Assembly (NCBI RefSeq): GCF_018977255.1 | Contig: NW_024704742.1 | Span: 118,360,001-118,424,000 of the forward strand | Source: Callorhinchus milii | Taxonomy: Eukaryota | Length of the DNA stretch: 64,000 bases | Direction of reading: 5' to 3' | Shown: in pieces, positions 62,849-64,000 of the stretch | Layout of the letters: every line of letters starts with the position of its first letter | How positions within the stretch are numbered: position 1 is the first letter of the stretch | Position numbers and translations under genes: made by a program | The notes under the pieces: generated by a model | Databases searched by the model: none | What the model saw: the letters and a program-made list of their open reading frames with translations, nothing else | Told to the model about the DNA's origin: nothing

Positions 62849-63739
62849 CTAAGCGGGGAGGATAGAGATGCATAACTTTCTGTAACTTTTGTAAATCTTA
62901 ACCATTGCTAAGCCTATTATTCACTATCTTCTATTCTTTTCTTAAATGGTTTGCCATTACATTCTATAATCCTTCTTTAACTGATCTTATTCAGTTGTTC
63001 ACTAAAATGACTTGTTCGCACTCTCCTCTGCTTTATTGACCTGTCTTCTAATATTGCCTTTCTTGACCCTTGAACAAACTTCCAAATTCCCACCATCTAT
63101 TTCCAGTGCCCACAGTGTTATCATTGTATAATAGTACAGGCTGGTAGGAATTTCATACCACATTCACAATCCGAAGTTGTAAAATTTTCTAACATCCAGC
63201 TAGGTGGGTGGAGACACCTCAGTCAAGGGCTGAAATTCTAGTTGGCATTTCACATATTGATTGACAATATATTATAATGAGGAAATAGGTTAGAGCTCTG
63301 ATGGCTATATGTACTATCTAGTGTGAACCTGAGAAATATTTTCTGTGGGTGGTTGGGGGAAGAAAAGAAAGACATTTTACCAATCTGGGTCCCTCTTGCC
63401 TGTATCAATGTAGATAATTATAGTTTGTTTATAAGAATAATATTTGACTGTGTCTTGCAGTTAGAAACTCGCCAATCACTGCTACTAGAGAAGTTGACTT
63501 TGGGATTAGTCACAAAGCAGAATGCAGGATTTTATGCAACATCAACAATGATAACAATTTGCACTTATATAGCACTCTTCACCATGGATGGCATCTCGGA
63601 GCGCTTATGCAAGCTGTCATACATCCTGGTTAGGCACTACCGACACATGTATCAGTAACCAACCCCTGCACAACATTAAAGTAAAACATTAATTCAAATT
63701 TTTATTTTGATACTGCATAAACTTTTGAAATTGAGCTAA

Positions 63740-63951
63740 ACCAGTAATCTGTGAAGTGATTTGGCAGGGACTTTTGTCCGATTTACCTGAGTGACTAGTG
63801 CGGCATTTTGCCTCGATTAACCGTATTTTCGTCCGAATTAACAGGCGTATTTAAAGCAGGTAAGAATACAAATGAATCGGGGCCAGGCATTTCATCTGAT
63901 TTACCCGGCATCTGGGGTTAACCAGCATCAGCTAAAGCAGATTCCACTGTA
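63740..63951. mobile_element. Probable Tc1/mariner (pogo/Tigger-like) DNA transposon end
   Basis: Ends in GCAGATTCCACTG+TA and carries repeated GATTAACC/GATTTACC subterminal motifs; I did not find the partner TIR. Confidence 0.45.
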
Positions 63952-64000
63952 TTGAAAACTTCAAACCAGCATTATTTACACTAATTATTTTCACTAATAA

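Overview
Eukaryotic, repeat-rich vertebrate DNA. The retroelement content (CR1 and L2 LINEs, Deu-domain tRNA SINEs, AmnSINE2-like relics, Penelope-like relics) suggests a cartilaginous fish, possibly a holocephalan; this is inference. The window holds two intron-containing genes, both on the minus strand and in the same tandem order as in mammals. The first is a complete arylsulfatase B gene (ARSB): 8 coding exons, 41452->7433, 1629 nt, 542 aa, intact CTPSR motif. The second is the last 8 coding exons of dimethylglycine dehydrogenase (DMGDH), 62848->48263; its 5' exons lie beyond the window. All 16 exons have canonical GT/AG ends and consistent phases. Most other ORFs in the track are retroelement fragments or noise. 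Points of interest: a ~1.2 kb G-free tandem array directly upstream of the ARSB ATG that reads as an array of GTGAGT/GTAAGA splice-donor hexamers on the sense strand; a PPPRAQ coding minisatellite in ARSB exon 1; an inverted pair of minimal hammerhead-ribozyme motifs in a Penelope-like relic; a CR1 with internal deletion plus inversion; a 44-bp templated inverted insertion; a multi-domain tRNA-Ala SINE; and an unnamed old repeat family. I found no convincing novel multi-gene system. Exon coordinates were read base by base; repeat boundaries are approximate.
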